Assembly: GCA_049517415.1 (NCBI GenBank)
Contig: JBEKSC010000005.1
Span: 1-64,000, forward strand
Source: Candidatus Bathyarchaeia archaeon
GTDB taxonomy: Archaea; Thermoproteota; Bathyarchaeia; 40CM-2-53-6
DNA length: 64,000 nucleotides
Direction: 5' to 3'
The notes under the pieces were generated by a model. That model did not search any database. It had not been told where the DNA came from and worked only from the letters and a program-made list of their open reading frames with translations. This document shows positions 40,028 to 49,835 of this stretch, piece after piece. Numbering within the stretch: the first letter of the stretch is position 1; every line of letters begins with the position of its first letter. The position numbers and the translations under genes were made by a program.

Positions 40028-41005
40028 TTGCGAGAGCTAAGCTACGCCGACGCTCTTCGAGAAGCATTGCGCGAAGAAATGATACGTGATCCGAACGTAA
40101 TATTGTTGGGAGAGGAGATTGGCGTTTTTAACGGCGTCTATAAAGTCACGCGCGGTTTGCTTGACGAATTTGGCCCTGAACGTGTAAGAGACACCCCGAT
40201 CTCTGAAGCAGCCATCGCCGGTGCAGCGGTCGGACTTGCACTGGCCGGCCTTAAGCCGGTCGCCGAAATCATGTATATGGATTTTCTTCCAATCTGCATG
40301 GATCAATTATCCACGCAAGCAGCCAAAATGCGGTTCATGAGTGGAGGACAACTCAACGTTCCAATGGTCCTGAGAACGCAGTACAGCCTGGGGCGACAAC
40401 ATGGCTCGCAGCACTCCCAATTTACACCTGCATGGTTCTTGCAGGTCCCAGGGTTGAAAGTAGTTCTTCCTTCAGACCCGAACGATGCCAAAGGCCTTCT
40501 GAAGTCGGCAATCCGTGATCCCAACCCAGTCCTGTTCGTGGAGGGCGGGCTACTCTACCGAACGAAAGGCCCAGTTCCCGAAGAGGAGTACACCACCCCA
40601 CTCGGAAAAGCAGCCGTGAAGAAGAAGGGCGATGACATAACGATTGTTGCTGTCTCAAGAATGGTTGGTGAATCTCTGAGCGCAGCTAGGAAACTTGAAG
40701 ACAGGAATGTCTCAGCTGAAGTCATAGACGTGAGAACCCTTCAACCCCTCGACCTCGATGCAATCGTCGAGTCGGTAAAGCGAACTTCTAGGCTTGTTAT
40801 CGCATCCGACGATGTCAAGAGGGGCGGCGTGGGCGCTGAAATCTCCGCCTCCGTCACCGAGACCGTCTTCGACTATCTAGATGCCCCAATAATGCGAGTC
40901 GCTTGCCCAGATACACCCATACCCTTCTCACCTCAACTTGAACAACTGTATATGCCGAGCGCCGAAAGCGTGGTTAAAGCGGTTGATACGGTGCTTGGTC
41001 GGTGA
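40028..41005 (+). CDS. 2-oxoacid/acetoin dehydrogenase E1 beta
   Basis: DTPISE, QHSQ, DAKGLL, LDAPI.RV. Confidence 0.93.
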   Translation: MRELSYADALREALREEMIRDPNVILLGEEIGVFNGVYKVTRGLLDEFGPERVRDTPISEAAIAGAAVGLALAGLKPVAEIMYMDFLPICMDQLSTQAAKMRFMSGGQLNVPMVLRTQYSLGRQHGSQHSQFTPAWFLQVPGLKVVLPSDPNDAKGLLKSAIRDPNPVLFVEGGLLYRTKGPVPEEEYTTPLGKAAVKKKGDDITIVAVSRMVGESLSAARKLEDRNVSAEVIDVRTLQPLDLDAIVESVKRTSRLVIASDDVKRGGVGAEISASVTETVFDYLDAPIMRVACPDTPIPFSPQLEQLYMPSAESVVKAVDTVLGR

Positions 41006-41011
41006 TCTGCC

Positions 41012-42208
41012 ATGACTGATGTTGTGATGCCCCGTCTCGATCCTGGGATGCAGAGCGGAAAAATCGTTGAATGGCTCAAGAAGGAGGGTGATCAGGTGCG
41101 CAAAGGCGAGGCGATACTAGTTGTCGAAGGGGAGAAGACAACCTTCGAGATAGAAGCACCCGATAGCGGCGTGTTAAGCAAGATTCTTGCACAGGTCGGA
41201 AACGATGTACAGGTTGCAGAACCTGTTGCGGTTATCGGCGAATTCGGCAGAACATCGCAGTCAGAAGGGTCATCAAAAATGATTCGACAGGAAGGCGCCA
41301 ATCAAGGTAGCATGGCTTCCACACAGAGCTACGTTCCCCCAGTATCTTCCTCTGCAAAGGCTCCCACTACTGCTGACCGAATAGTAGCGTCCCCAGCAGC
41401 CCGGAGACTAGCACAGGAGCATCATGTTGAACTCGCAACTCTTAGCGGCACGGGGCCCGGCGGCCGCATATCACGAGAAGACGTTATCGCCGCAATCGAG
41501 CAGGCTCCAAAGGCTGCGGCCGTAGCCTCCAAGATGGTTCAGCCGTCGGTTCTAAGACGGGTGAAACTTGAGGGAATCAGAAAAGCAGTTGCTGAAAGGT
41601 TGTCTTTCAGCGCGAGAACGTGTGTTCCCGTTACTATTACGATGGAGGCTGACGCAACGAAACTTGTCGCCATGAAGGAGAAAGAAAGCCATGTCTCCTT
41701 CACAGCTTTCGCGGTGAAAGCAGCCGCAAAAGCACTCGAGAAACACGCCGCGATTAACTCAACGATAGAGGGAGATGAGATCACAACTTACGCTCAAGTG
41801 AACGTCGCTGTCGCAATCCACACTGAAGAAGGGCTCGTTGCGCCTGTCGTTTCGAAAGCGAACGAGAAACCCCTTAAAGAAATCAACTTAGTGATTGATG
41901 AGCTATCGCGCAAGGCTAAGGAAAAAAGGTTGTCAATAGAAGAGTTGACTGGAGGAACTTTCACAATAACAAACCTCGGCGCCTACGACATTGAATCCTT
42001 CGCACCCGTCATCAACCCGCCCCAATGTGCGATTCTCGGGCTAGGGCGAATTGTTTACAAACCATTTGCGCTGGGCGGCCGAGTGTCAGCAAGGCCTTCC
42101 ACCATGTTGACCTTGGTCTTCGACCACCGCATCGTGGATGGCGTGCCAGCAGCGAGATTCCTGCAGGATTTGAAACGCAACCTAGAAGACCCCGAGTCTC
42201 TGCTCTAA
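41012..42208 (+). CDS. Dihydrolipoamide acyltransferase E2
   Basis: Lipoyl EGEKT, PSBD ASPAARRLA...GTGPGGRI, catalytic DHRIVDG. Confidence 0.95.
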   Translation: MTDVVMPRLDPGMQSGKIVEWLKKEGDQVRKGEAILVVEGEKTTFEIEAPDSGVLSKILAQVGNDVQVAEPVAVIGEFGRTSQSEGSSKMIRQEGANQGSMASTQSYVPPVSSSAKAPTTADRIVASPAARRLAQEHHVELATLSGTGPGGRISREDVIAAIEQAPKAAAVASKMVQPSVLRRVKLEGIRKAVAERLSFSARTCVPVTITMEADATKLVAMKEKESHVSFTAFAVKAAAKALEKHAAINSTIEGDEITTYAQVNVAVAIHTEEGLVAPVVSKANEKPLKEINLVIDELSRKAKEKRLSIEELTGGTFTITNLGAYDIESFAPVINPPQCAILGLGRIVYKPFALGGRVSARPSTMLTLVFDHRIVDGVPAARFLQDLKRNLEDPESLL

Positions 42209-43275
42209 GAAACGCTCTTCCAACCAGGTGGGCGAAGCGCAATCTTCAACGCTTTCCCCTCCCCCATCAAACGCAAAGCCTCCTCCGCCTTCTCCAGAGG
42301 CATTTCATGGGAAATTAACGGTTCAATCGAAACCTGCCCAGAGACTATAAGGCGAAAGCCGCGTTCGACGGCAGCTGGCGTATGGTGGAATGCTCCCTGA
42401 ATATGCATCTCACCATAGTGGATTTTCTCAGCGTTGAAGGATACCATTGTTCCCGAAGCGCAACCGCCAAAGAGAAGAATCTTCCCGCCTTTCCTGACTA
42501 AGCCGATAGTTGACTCCCAAGTTTCACGGCGCCCAACAGCCTCAACCACAATATCAGCGCCTCTGCCATCCGTGAGCCTCAACACCCGCTCGACTAGGTT
42601 CTCGTTTGCAGAATTAATCGCCGCGTCGACCCCGATTTTCTCAGCTTCCCGTAGCCTTTCCGGAATCACATCGCACATTGCTACCTGCTTCGCACCATTA
42701 AGACGTGCGAGTTGCGCGTGAAGTAACCCAATGGGTCCACCGCCAATGATGACCGCCGTACCGCCCGGGACTTGGCCAACCAAATCCCAACCATGAACGA
42801 CGCACGCCAGCGGCTCCAGGCTTGCGGCACTTTCCAACCGCACACCGTCAGGCACTTGGAAAGCGTTCTGCCGCACGATTCTTTCGGGAATCCTAACGTA
42901 TTCTGCATATGAGCCTGGCCAAGTGAAGCCTACAATGCTCTCATCCAAATGCTCACAGAGGTTCGGTTGATGCATTAAGCAGTAGAAACATTTGTTGCAG
43001 GGCGCAGAATTAGCCGCAACAACCCTCATGCCCACCTTAAAATTCCCAACGCTTGATCCAACCTCCGATATGATCCCCGCAAATTCATGCCCCATGATTT
43101 GAGGTGGCTTGGCCAACGGGTGGCCGCGTTTGAACATCTTCACGTCCGTTCCACATGTCAAGGCAACGTGGCTCTTGACAATCAGTTCCCCCGGGCCAGC
43201 TTTTGGGATGGGAACTTGCTCTGCTTTCAATTCCCCGGGTTTGTAAAAGCGCACTGCGAGCATTGAGTTTGGCAT
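42205..43275 (-). CDS. Zn-dependent MDR alcohol/polyol dehydrogenase
   Basis: CGTD, GHEFAG, CNKCFYC...C, GGGPIG. Confidence 0.92.
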   Translation of the reverse strand: MPNSMLAVRFYKPGELKAEQVPIPKAGPGELIVKSHVALTCGTDVKMFKRGHPLAKPPQIMGHEFAGIISEVGSSVGNFKVGMRVVAANSAPCNKCFYCLMHQPNLCEHLDESIVGFTWPGSYAEYVRIPERIVRQNAFQVPDGVRLESAASLEPLACVVHGWDLVGQVPGGTAVIIGGGPIGLLHAQLARLNGAKQVAMCDVIPERLREAEKIGVDAAINSANENLVERVLRLTDGRGADIVVEAVGRRETWESTIGLVRKGGKILLFGGCASGTMVSFNAEKIHYGEMHIQGAFHHTPAAVERGFRLIVSGQVSIEPLISHEMPLEKAEEALRLMGEGKALKIALRPPGWKSVS

Positions 43276-43334
43276 GAGGAATCAGAGCTTACGTAAGGCT
43301 ATTAAATTGACTTCTGTGACGGCCCGTCACATGC

Positions 43335-44372
43335 TTACTTGTTCTCAATAACAACCTTGACAACGTTCACGCCTTTCTGAGCTAGGCTGAAAGCCTCTAA
43401 TGCTTTCGCTAGTGGCAACCGATGCGTGATAAGTTTCGACGGATCGACCCGCTTTTTCTCGATCAAGTCAATCGCCATTTTCATTTCGGTTTCGGAGGTT
43501 GAGTAACTTGATTCGACCTTTATTTCATGTAGAAATAGGCGACTGATGTCAATGGAAAGTTGTGCACCTTTTGCTGGGGCTCCAAATAAAACAACTTTTC
43601 CGCCTTTGCGAATGGAGCTGAAAGCTTGTTCCGTAGCCCTCAAGCTCCCAGTTGCAACGATGGCGTAGTCGACACCAAGACTTTGAGTCATCGAAGAAAC
43701 TGTCTTTGGAACATCGTCAGTTGTGGGATTGAGTGTTCTGTCCGCCCCAAGCCTAGCCGCAAGCTCTCTGCGGTTCTCAAGGATATCGATTGCGATAATC
43801 GGGGCAGCCCCATACAATTTTGTTAACTGCAAATGCATTAGGCCGACGGGGCCGACACCGAATATAGCTACGCTGTTTCCGGCTTTGACTCCCGTCTTGC
43901 TTAGCGCCCTGATGCAGCAAGCGGTTGGTTCCACTTGCGAACCCTCTTCGTAGGTCATCGATTCGGGCAGTCGGTATACCGTACCCCCTGCGACTAGTGT
44001 TGAGGGTACTCGAAAATAATCTGCGAAACCGCACGGGTCGAGGTTACTCTTAGGGTAAGCCTCGCAGAGTGTCTCGAGCCCATTCTTACAGTAGAAACAA
44101 CTTCTACACGACACGTGATGATGAACTAATACTCTGTCTCCTTTCTTGATTTCCTGCACCTGTTCCCCTGTTTGTTCAACCTCTCCAGCTACCTCATGTC
44201 CCAGGATAGGGGGTGTAATGTTTTCACCATGAATTTTCTCCAGGTCTGTTCCACATACGCCACAGGCTCGCATGCGAACGAGAACTTCGCCAGGGCCAAT
44301 GTTGGGTGTGGGTAATTCTTTGAGTTCGACGATTCCCCTGCCAGAAATTACAACTGCCTTCATCCCACACAT
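43335..44372 (-). CDS. Zn-dependent MDR alcohol/polyol dehydrogenase
   Basis: CGTD, GHEVAG, CRSCFYC...C, GVGPVG. Confidence 0.92.
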   Translation of the reverse strand: MCGMKAVVISGRGIVELKELPTPNIGPGEVLVRMRACGVCGTDLEKIHGENITPPILGHEVAGEVEQTGEQVQEIKKGDRVLVHHHVSCRSCFYCKNGLETLCEAYPKSNLDPCGFADYFRVPSTLVAGGTVYRLPESMTYEEGSQVEPTACCIRALSKTGVKAGNSVAIFGVGPVGLMHLQLTKLYGAAPIIAIDILENRRELAARLGADRTLNPTTDDVPKTVSSMTQSLGVDYAIVATGSLRATEQAFSSIRKGGKVVLFGAPAKGAQLSIDISRLFLHEIKVESSYSTSETEMKMAIDLIEKKRVDPSKLITHRLPLAKALEAFSLAQKGVNVVKVVIENK

Positions 44373-44446
44373 CCCTGTTTATTCAAAAACCTATAGCCCT
44401 GTCTTATCAACTAACGCCATCCGTTCAAAAGGAAGCTGCCTAGTCG

Positions 44447-45187
44447 TTGGCGTCGAAAGTCCGAGTCTACATTGAGAACGCACCGAAACTTCGCAAGCCG
44501 ATAATGGTTTGCGGGCTTCCCGATAGTGGAAACGTTGCGAAGTTGGTCATCGAACACTTGGTGAAGCAGCTGAACGCGGAGAAATTCGCTGAGATCTATT
44601 CAAACTCGTTGCCACCGCGGGTTAGAATTCACGAAGACGGAACTGTTGACGTCATGAAACATTCAATGTTCTTCTGGAAAGATGGAGGCGGAAAGGAGAT
44701 TGTTTTCTACACGGGGGACGCTCAACCTTCTAATCCAGAAGCTGCCTATGCCTTAGCCGACAAGGCTCTCGAGATAGGCCAAAACCTTGGAGCGGACACT
44801 GTTCTCACAGTTGGAGCCTACATAACGGGTGAATTATCAAAAGAACCTAGAGTGTTCGGAGCCGCAACTGACAAGGAATTGCTCAGAGAGTTTGAGGCAA
44901 TAGGCGTATCTCAGATCAACGAGGGGAGTGTAACGTGGATGAATGGATTGCTAGTGGGCCTATCGAAACTGCGCAACATGAAGGCTATCTTCATTTCAGG
45001 CGAAACGTCAGGGTACATCGTTGATAATAGGGCAGCACGTGCCGTCTTGCAAGTGTTGAGCAAAATACTCGCAATCCCTATAGACCTTACAGAACTTGAT
45101 TTGAAGGCAGCGGAATCTGACCACCTGAAGTCAATGGGAGCAAAGAAAGAGCGCGTTGAGCAGGACAAGAGGGGTTACATAGGCTAG
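44447..45187 (+). CDS. PAC2-family proteasome assembly chaperone
   Basis: GLPDSGNVAKL, GDAQP, GETSGY.VD. Confidence 0.88.
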   Translation: MASKVRVYIENAPKLRKPIMVCGLPDSGNVAKLVIEHLVKQLNAEKFAEIYSNSLPPRVRIHEDGTVDVMKHSMFFWKDGGGKEIVFYTGDAQPSNPEAAYALADKALEIGQNLGADTVLTVGAYITGELSKEPRVFGAATDKELLREFEAIGVSQINEGSVTWMNGLLVGLSKLRNMKAIFISGETSGYIVDNRAARAVLQVLSKILAIPIDLTELDLKAAESDHLKSMGAKKERVEQDKRGYIG

Positions 45188-45251
45188 CTTGAACTTAGTA
45201 GCCTTCGCAAACGAATTTAGGCAGCTAACCTGATGAGATGAAGCATCCCTT

Positions 45252-45346
45252 GGGCCCGTAGTCCAGCTGGTTAAGACGTCGCCCTCACATTATCGATGAT
45301 ATGGGAACGGCGGAGATCCCCGGTTCGAACCCGGGCGGGCCCACCA
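45252..45346 (+). tRNA. tRNA-Val(CAC) with canonical 37/38 intron (45290-45307); CCA encoded
   Basis: GGGCCCG acceptor stem, TCGCC-CTCACA[18-nt intron]C-GGCGG, GGTTCGAACCC T arm. Confidence 0.95.
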
Positions 45347-45391
45347 CCCTAACTGTCATGATGGTCCCGTCTCAAGTAGGCAAGAGTCTCA

Positions 45392-48058
45392 TTATCTGAG
45401 CTTGAGTTCTACGAGCACGTCTTCGTGTTCTCTCTTTGTTGTGAATCCAAGTTTTTCGCAGAGGCGTATCATCTTCAAGTTCTCCCCCATGATTATTCCG
45501 TAAATGCTCTCCACACCTTTCTCTTTGGCAACTTCAATTAGCATGTCAACTAACTTAATTCCAAGGCCCTTCGCTTGATAATTATCAGATACGACAACGG
45601 CAAACTCCCCTTTCTTTTTGTTGGGCTCCAGAATCAGGCGGCTTACGCCTACCTCCACCTTGCGATCTCCCTCTCGTGTCTCTGCTATGAACGCCATCTC
45701 TCTGTCGTAGTCAATATTGCAGAAACGTACCAGTGCCTCGTGAGGGAGGTCTTTGATGATTTGAAAGAATCTGAAGCGACTTGTCTCCGACGACAGGCCT
45801 CGAATGAACTCTAGTTCCATGGGTTCATCCTCGGGCCTAATAGGGCGAAGGGTCACCTCGGTCCCGTCCTTTGTCCTCCAAAGCGTAACCCACTTCGTCG
45901 GGTAGGGCATTATTACGAGGTTGGGATATGCCTCAGTACGATCGAGGGCATTCTTATCCAGTATAATCCTCGCATCTAGAACGCACAGTCTTCCTTCCGA
46001 GACAACTAGCGGGTTAAGGTCCATTTCCCCAATTTCAGGGAAATCGACGATCAAGTTTGAGAAGCGTACCATTATTTCTTCTAGCAAGCGGAGGTCTAGT
46101 GGCGGTTTATTTCTGAGGCCTTTTGAGAGCGCCTGGTAGATTTTTGTTTCCTCAAGGACCCGCCTAGCTAGGACTTGGTTTAATGGAGGAAGGCCGATTG
46201 AAACATCGTGTAGTAATTCCACGCCTATTCCTCCCATCCCAAATAAGATGACTGAACCGAAATCTCTGTCCTTCTTTGCCCCGAGTATCAATTCGTAATC
46301 GATATTACTCATCATATTTTGGACGTACACACCGTCTATCTTCGCATCAGGCTTGGCTTTCCGCGCTCGTTCAAGGAGCGTAACATATGCGTCCTTGACT
46401 GCGTGCGATGAGTCAATGCCCGTAATCACGCCCCCGATGTCTGTCTTGTGCAAGATATCTTCGGACGCGATTTTCATAACGATCGGATAGCCGATGTTCG
46501 AGGCAACCATTGCAGCCTGTTCCACGCTTTTGGCTAACGAACCTTTCGCTCGTGGAATATTGTAGGCATCTAGGAACCTATCAACTTCGGGCTGGGTTAA
46601 CGCTGTTCTATCCTTGGCGGCTTTGCGGATCAAGACTTTCAGGTGGCTCTTCGGAGGCGCAAAATCGACTGGAAGTTCCTCCGGGGTCTCGTAAAGAAGT
46701 TCAAGGTTTCGTTTGTAGCGATACATGTACATGTAGCTCTTGATGGCTGCTTCTGGGGTTGCGTAAGTGGGTATGTTATTCTTGTAGAACACCTGTCTAG
46801 CTTCGAGGACGCTCTTCTGTCCCATCCAAACGGTGAGCATTGGCTTACGGCGGTCGGCGGCTATCTTCGCCACTGCTTCTGCTACAAGAGTAGGTTGCGT
46901 CGTTCCTTGGGGAGTGTAGATGACTAGGAGGCCGTCCACGTTGGGGTCGGCGATGCAGGTTCTCACGGCCTGCTCGTATCGTTTGGTGTCCGCGTCCCCT
47001 AGTATGTCCATGGGGTCTCCATGGCTCCAGTACGGTGGGAGGACAGCGTCCATTGCGCGAATGGTACTGTCCGAAAACTTTGCCAGTTCGCCCCCATTTG
47101 TAATAATCGAGTCTGCCGCTAGCACTGCTGGTCCTCCAGCATTCGTAACTATTGCGAGCTGAGGGTCCTGGGGTAGAAATCTGGAGTCCAAGACGGTCGC
47201 ACAATCGAAGAGGTCTGCTATTTCGTCAACCATCACGACACCTGCTCGTTTGAATGCTGCGTCGTAAACGGCGTAGTCTCCCGCCAATGCGCCAGTGTGG
47301 GATGAAGCTGCATTGGCACCTGCTGCATACTTTCCCGCTTTGATGACGATAATTGGTTTGGTTCGGGCGAAACCACGAGCAGCGCTCATGAATTTCTTGG
47401 CGTTTCCAACGCCTTCCATGTAGATAATTATGCTTCTGGTGTGGGGGTCTTCACCTAAGTAGTCAATCATATCTCCGTAGTCGATGTCCAAAGTCGAACC
47501 AAGGGAGGCGAACATGCTAAAGCCGATTTCAGCACTGACAGCCCAATTGAGCATCGCGGAACCCAGAGCGCCGCTCTGAGAAACAAAAGCTATCTGGCCA
47601 GGCTGTGGATTATCCCTCAGAAACGTCGCATTCAGTCCGACCTGCGGCCTTATGAGGCCGACGCAGTTAGGTCCCAGCACTCGAATGCCATGTTTTGCCT
47701 GAATGCTCTTGATTTCATCCTCTAGTTTAGCTCCCTCTGGGCCAACCTCCCGAAATCCAGCTGAGATTATCACTATTCCCTCAACTCCGGCCTTGGCGCA
47801 ATCTTCTACCAAGGCGGGGACCGTTTTGGCTGGTGTAGCGATAATGGCTAGGTCAATGTGCTCTGGGACTTCAGCAATGCTGGCGTAACATTTCAGGCCC
47901 ATAATGCTGCTTCGTTTAATGTTGACAGGATAGATCTTTCTTCGATCCTTCCCTAAGAGGAGATTCTTCATTAACGATTGACCGACGGACCCCTCCTCTT
48001 CAGAGGCACCAATTGCAGCAACAGCCTTCGGGTTGAGCATTCGCTCAATGTTAGTCAA
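45392..48058 (-). CDS. Bifunctional NDP-forming acyl-CoA synthetase-like / GNAT acetyltransferase (Pat/PatZ type)
   Basis: GPNC.G, SQSGA, SHTGALAG, ATP-grasp HKTD.GGV, DLNP; C-terminal GNAT LRPIRPED, IDYDRE, Q.KGLG. Confidence 0.92.
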   Translation of the reverse strand: MTNIERMLNPKAVAAIGASEEEGSVGQSLMKNLLLGKDRRKIYPVNIKRSSIMGLKCYASIAEVPEHIDLAIIATPAKTVPALVEDCAKAGVEGIVIISAGFREVGPEGAKLEDEIKSIQAKHGIRVLGPNCVGLIRPQVGLNATFLRDNPQPGQIAFVSQSGALGSAMLNWAVSAEIGFSMFASLGSTLDIDYGDMIDYLGEDPHTRSIIIYMEGVGNAKKFMSAARGFARTKPIIVIKAGKYAAGANAASSHTGALAGDYAVYDAAFKRAGVVMVDEIADLFDCATVLDSRFLPQDPQLAIVTNAGGPAVLAADSIITNGGELAKFSDSTIRAMDAVLPPYWSHGDPMDILGDADTKRYEQAVRTCIADPNVDGLLVIYTPQGTTQPTLVAEAVAKIAADRRKPMLTVWMGQKSVLEARQVFYKNNIPTYATPEAAIKSYMYMYRYKRNLELLYETPEELPVDFAPPKSHLKVLIRKAAKDRTALTQPEVDRFLDAYNIPRAKGSLAKSVEQAAMVASNIGYPIVMKIASEDILHKTDIGGVITGIDSSHAVKDAYVTLLERARKAKPDAKIDGVYVQNMMSNIDYELILGAKKDRDFGSVILFGMGGIGVELLHDVSIGLPPLNQVLARRVLEETKIYQALSKGLRNKPPLDLRLLEEIMVRFSNLIVDFPEIGEMDLNPLVVSEGRLCVLDARIILDKNALDRTEAYPNLVIMPYPTKWVTLWRTKDGTEVTLRPIRPEDEPMELEFIRGLSSETSRFRFFQIIKDLPHEALVRFCNIDYDREMAFIAETREGDRKVEVGVSRLILEPNKKKGEFAVVVSDNYQAKGLGIKLVDMLIEVAKEKGVESIYGIIMGENLKMIRLCEKLGFTTKREHEDVLVELKLR

Positions 48059-48187
48059 TTTTCATTCGACCTGTTGAAGCATGACGGTCAGATAAGCGAA
48101 TTCGCTGGTTCTTGTGAGCGGCAATGTGTGGAACAGAGGAGCTTCGGTTCCCAAAGATAGGAATAAATTCGTTGACGGTCAGTAGGC

Positions 48188-49186
48188 ATGGACCGTGCTT
48201 TGGACAGAATCGCAATAGGTTTCAACCCGACTATTTCGGGAAATGAGGCTGCAAAGTACGCGCAAACTGCGGAGTTGCATGGTTACGAATCCTTTTGGGT
48301 TCATGAAAATCCCTTCATAAAAGACGCAGTTTCCCTCCTCTCAAGCGCGATATCCGCAACCAGTAGAATCAAACTAGGTTCTGGTTGCGTAAGTGTGGTC
48401 ACTCGTCATCCTCTACTCGCAACTACCACGTTCTTGTCCCTGAACGATATTTCAGAGGGAAGGGCAATCATGGGTATTGGCCTAGGGGGGTTCCCTTGGC
48501 TTCCCAAACTTGGCGTTAACGTTTTCCCCGTGCAGGAAACTCAGCCTCTGAAGAGAATCAGAGAATTTCTGAGCATAACCAATGGACTGCTCAACGGCGA
48601 CACGGTCTCGCTTAACGGGGAATTCTTCAGGGTTCAAGATATCAAGCTTGAGCCAAAACCTTCTAGAAAATTTCCAATTTACCTCGCAGCGTTCGGGCCA
48701 CTATCCCTCAAAATGGCCGCCAAGTTTGTCAGCGGAGTAATCATCTCCCCGGCCTTGATGACGCCTGAAGTCACTGGTGAGAAAGTTAAGTTTGTCAGGC
48801 AAGGAGAAGTAGGAGGTAAGAAAGTTGATGTTGCCTCATACATTCTATCCGCGGTCTCAAATGATGCTCAGCAGGCCCGCAAGCTGATGAAGTCATACTA
48901 CTTCCTACAATACCAAGTCGCAGAGGTTCTCAAACCGGAGATATTCGAAATCTACGGGCTCAAAGAGAAAGATCTTGAACCCATAAAAGAGGCTTGGCGC
49001 AAGAGGGACTTTGCCGCGGCTGCTAAGGTCATGCCTGATGCGGTCGTCGATGCCCTGACGCTGGCTGGGAGTGCAGAGCATTGCGTTGGGCGGTTAAAGG
49101 ACTACAGGAAAGCTGGAGTGGAGTTGCCGATAATAATGCCAATCGGAGACATCAACGCAGCGGTACGAGCATTCGCCTCAAAATAA
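48188..49186 (+). CDS. LLM-class (Mer-like) flavin/F420-dependent oxidoreductase
   Basis: AELHGYESFWVHE, TRHP, GRAIMGIG, IYLAAFGP. Confidence 0.88.
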   Translation: MDRALDRIAIGFNPTISGNEAAKYAQTAELHGYESFWVHENPFIKDAVSLLSSAISATSRIKLGSGCVSVVTRHPLLATTTFLSLNDISEGRAIMGIGLGGFPWLPKLGVNVFPVQETQPLKRIREFLSITNGLLNGDTVSLNGEFFRVQDIKLEPKPSRKFPIYLAAFGPLSLKMAAKFVSGVIISPALMTPEVTGEKVKFVRQGEVGGKKVDVASYILSAVSNDAQQARKLMKSYYFLQYQVAEVLKPEIFEIYGLKEKDLEPIKEAWRKRDFAAAAKVMPDAVVDALTLAGSAEHCVGRLKDYRKAGVELPIIMPIGDINAAVRAFASK

Positions 49187-49211
49187 GTCAGAACTCAGCC
49201 GCCGAGTAATT

Positions 49212-49835
49212 GTGGGTCAAGCCTTGCGTGCCACCTCGTTCGAATGGGCCGTTCTCTCGCTTGCTTTAGCCGCCAGCTTGTGGGTTCTGGTATTCATTGT
49301 CCGCCCCCTCCAATTCTGGATGATGTTAAGCCTCTCTACGCTCGTTCTCCTAGTTGTTGCGCTCGCCATCAATCGCGGCAAGAAGACAGTTCGCATAAAC
49401 AGCAGGCTGGTGCTTCTGGGCGTTGTAAGTGGTTTACTATTGTATTTTCTATTCTACTTTGGTTTTCAAGCGACTAAGTCAAACCCGATCTTCAGTGAAG
49501 GCGTGGGCCGAGTCTACGAACTCCGAACTGTACCAACCTACCTTATCGCGTTAGCTTTAGTTTTCCCAATCGGACCTGGTGAGGAAATCTATTGGCGGGG
49601 ATTGATTCAGCGCAGATTCTCGGAGCGACTGGGATCCAGCGCTGGACTCCTAGCTGCAACTTGCGCTTATGCTTTGGTTCATCTTCCTACGCTGGACTTG
49701 CCCCTGATCATGACCGCATTTATCGGAGGCCTTGTGTGGGGATATATTTACGAAAGGACAGGGAGTTTGCTTGCGGTTATAGTTTCACATGTCTTGTTCG
49801 ATTTGCTAATCTTCGTGATCGTTCCATTAGCCTAA
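49212..49835 (+). CDS. CPBP (CAAX/Abi) intramembrane metalloprotease
   Basis: EEIYWRG, ALVH, SHVLFD. Confidence 0.9.
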   Translation: MGQALRATSFEWAVLSLALAASLWVLVFIVRPLQFWMMLSLSTLVLLVVALAINRGKKTVRINSRLVLLGVVSGLLLYFLFYFGFQATKSNPIFSEGVGRVYELRTVPTYLIALALVFPIGPGEEIYWRGLIQRRFSERLGSSAGLLAATCAYALVHLPTLDLPLIMTAFIGGLVWGYIYERTGSLLAVIVSHVLFDLLIFVIVPLA

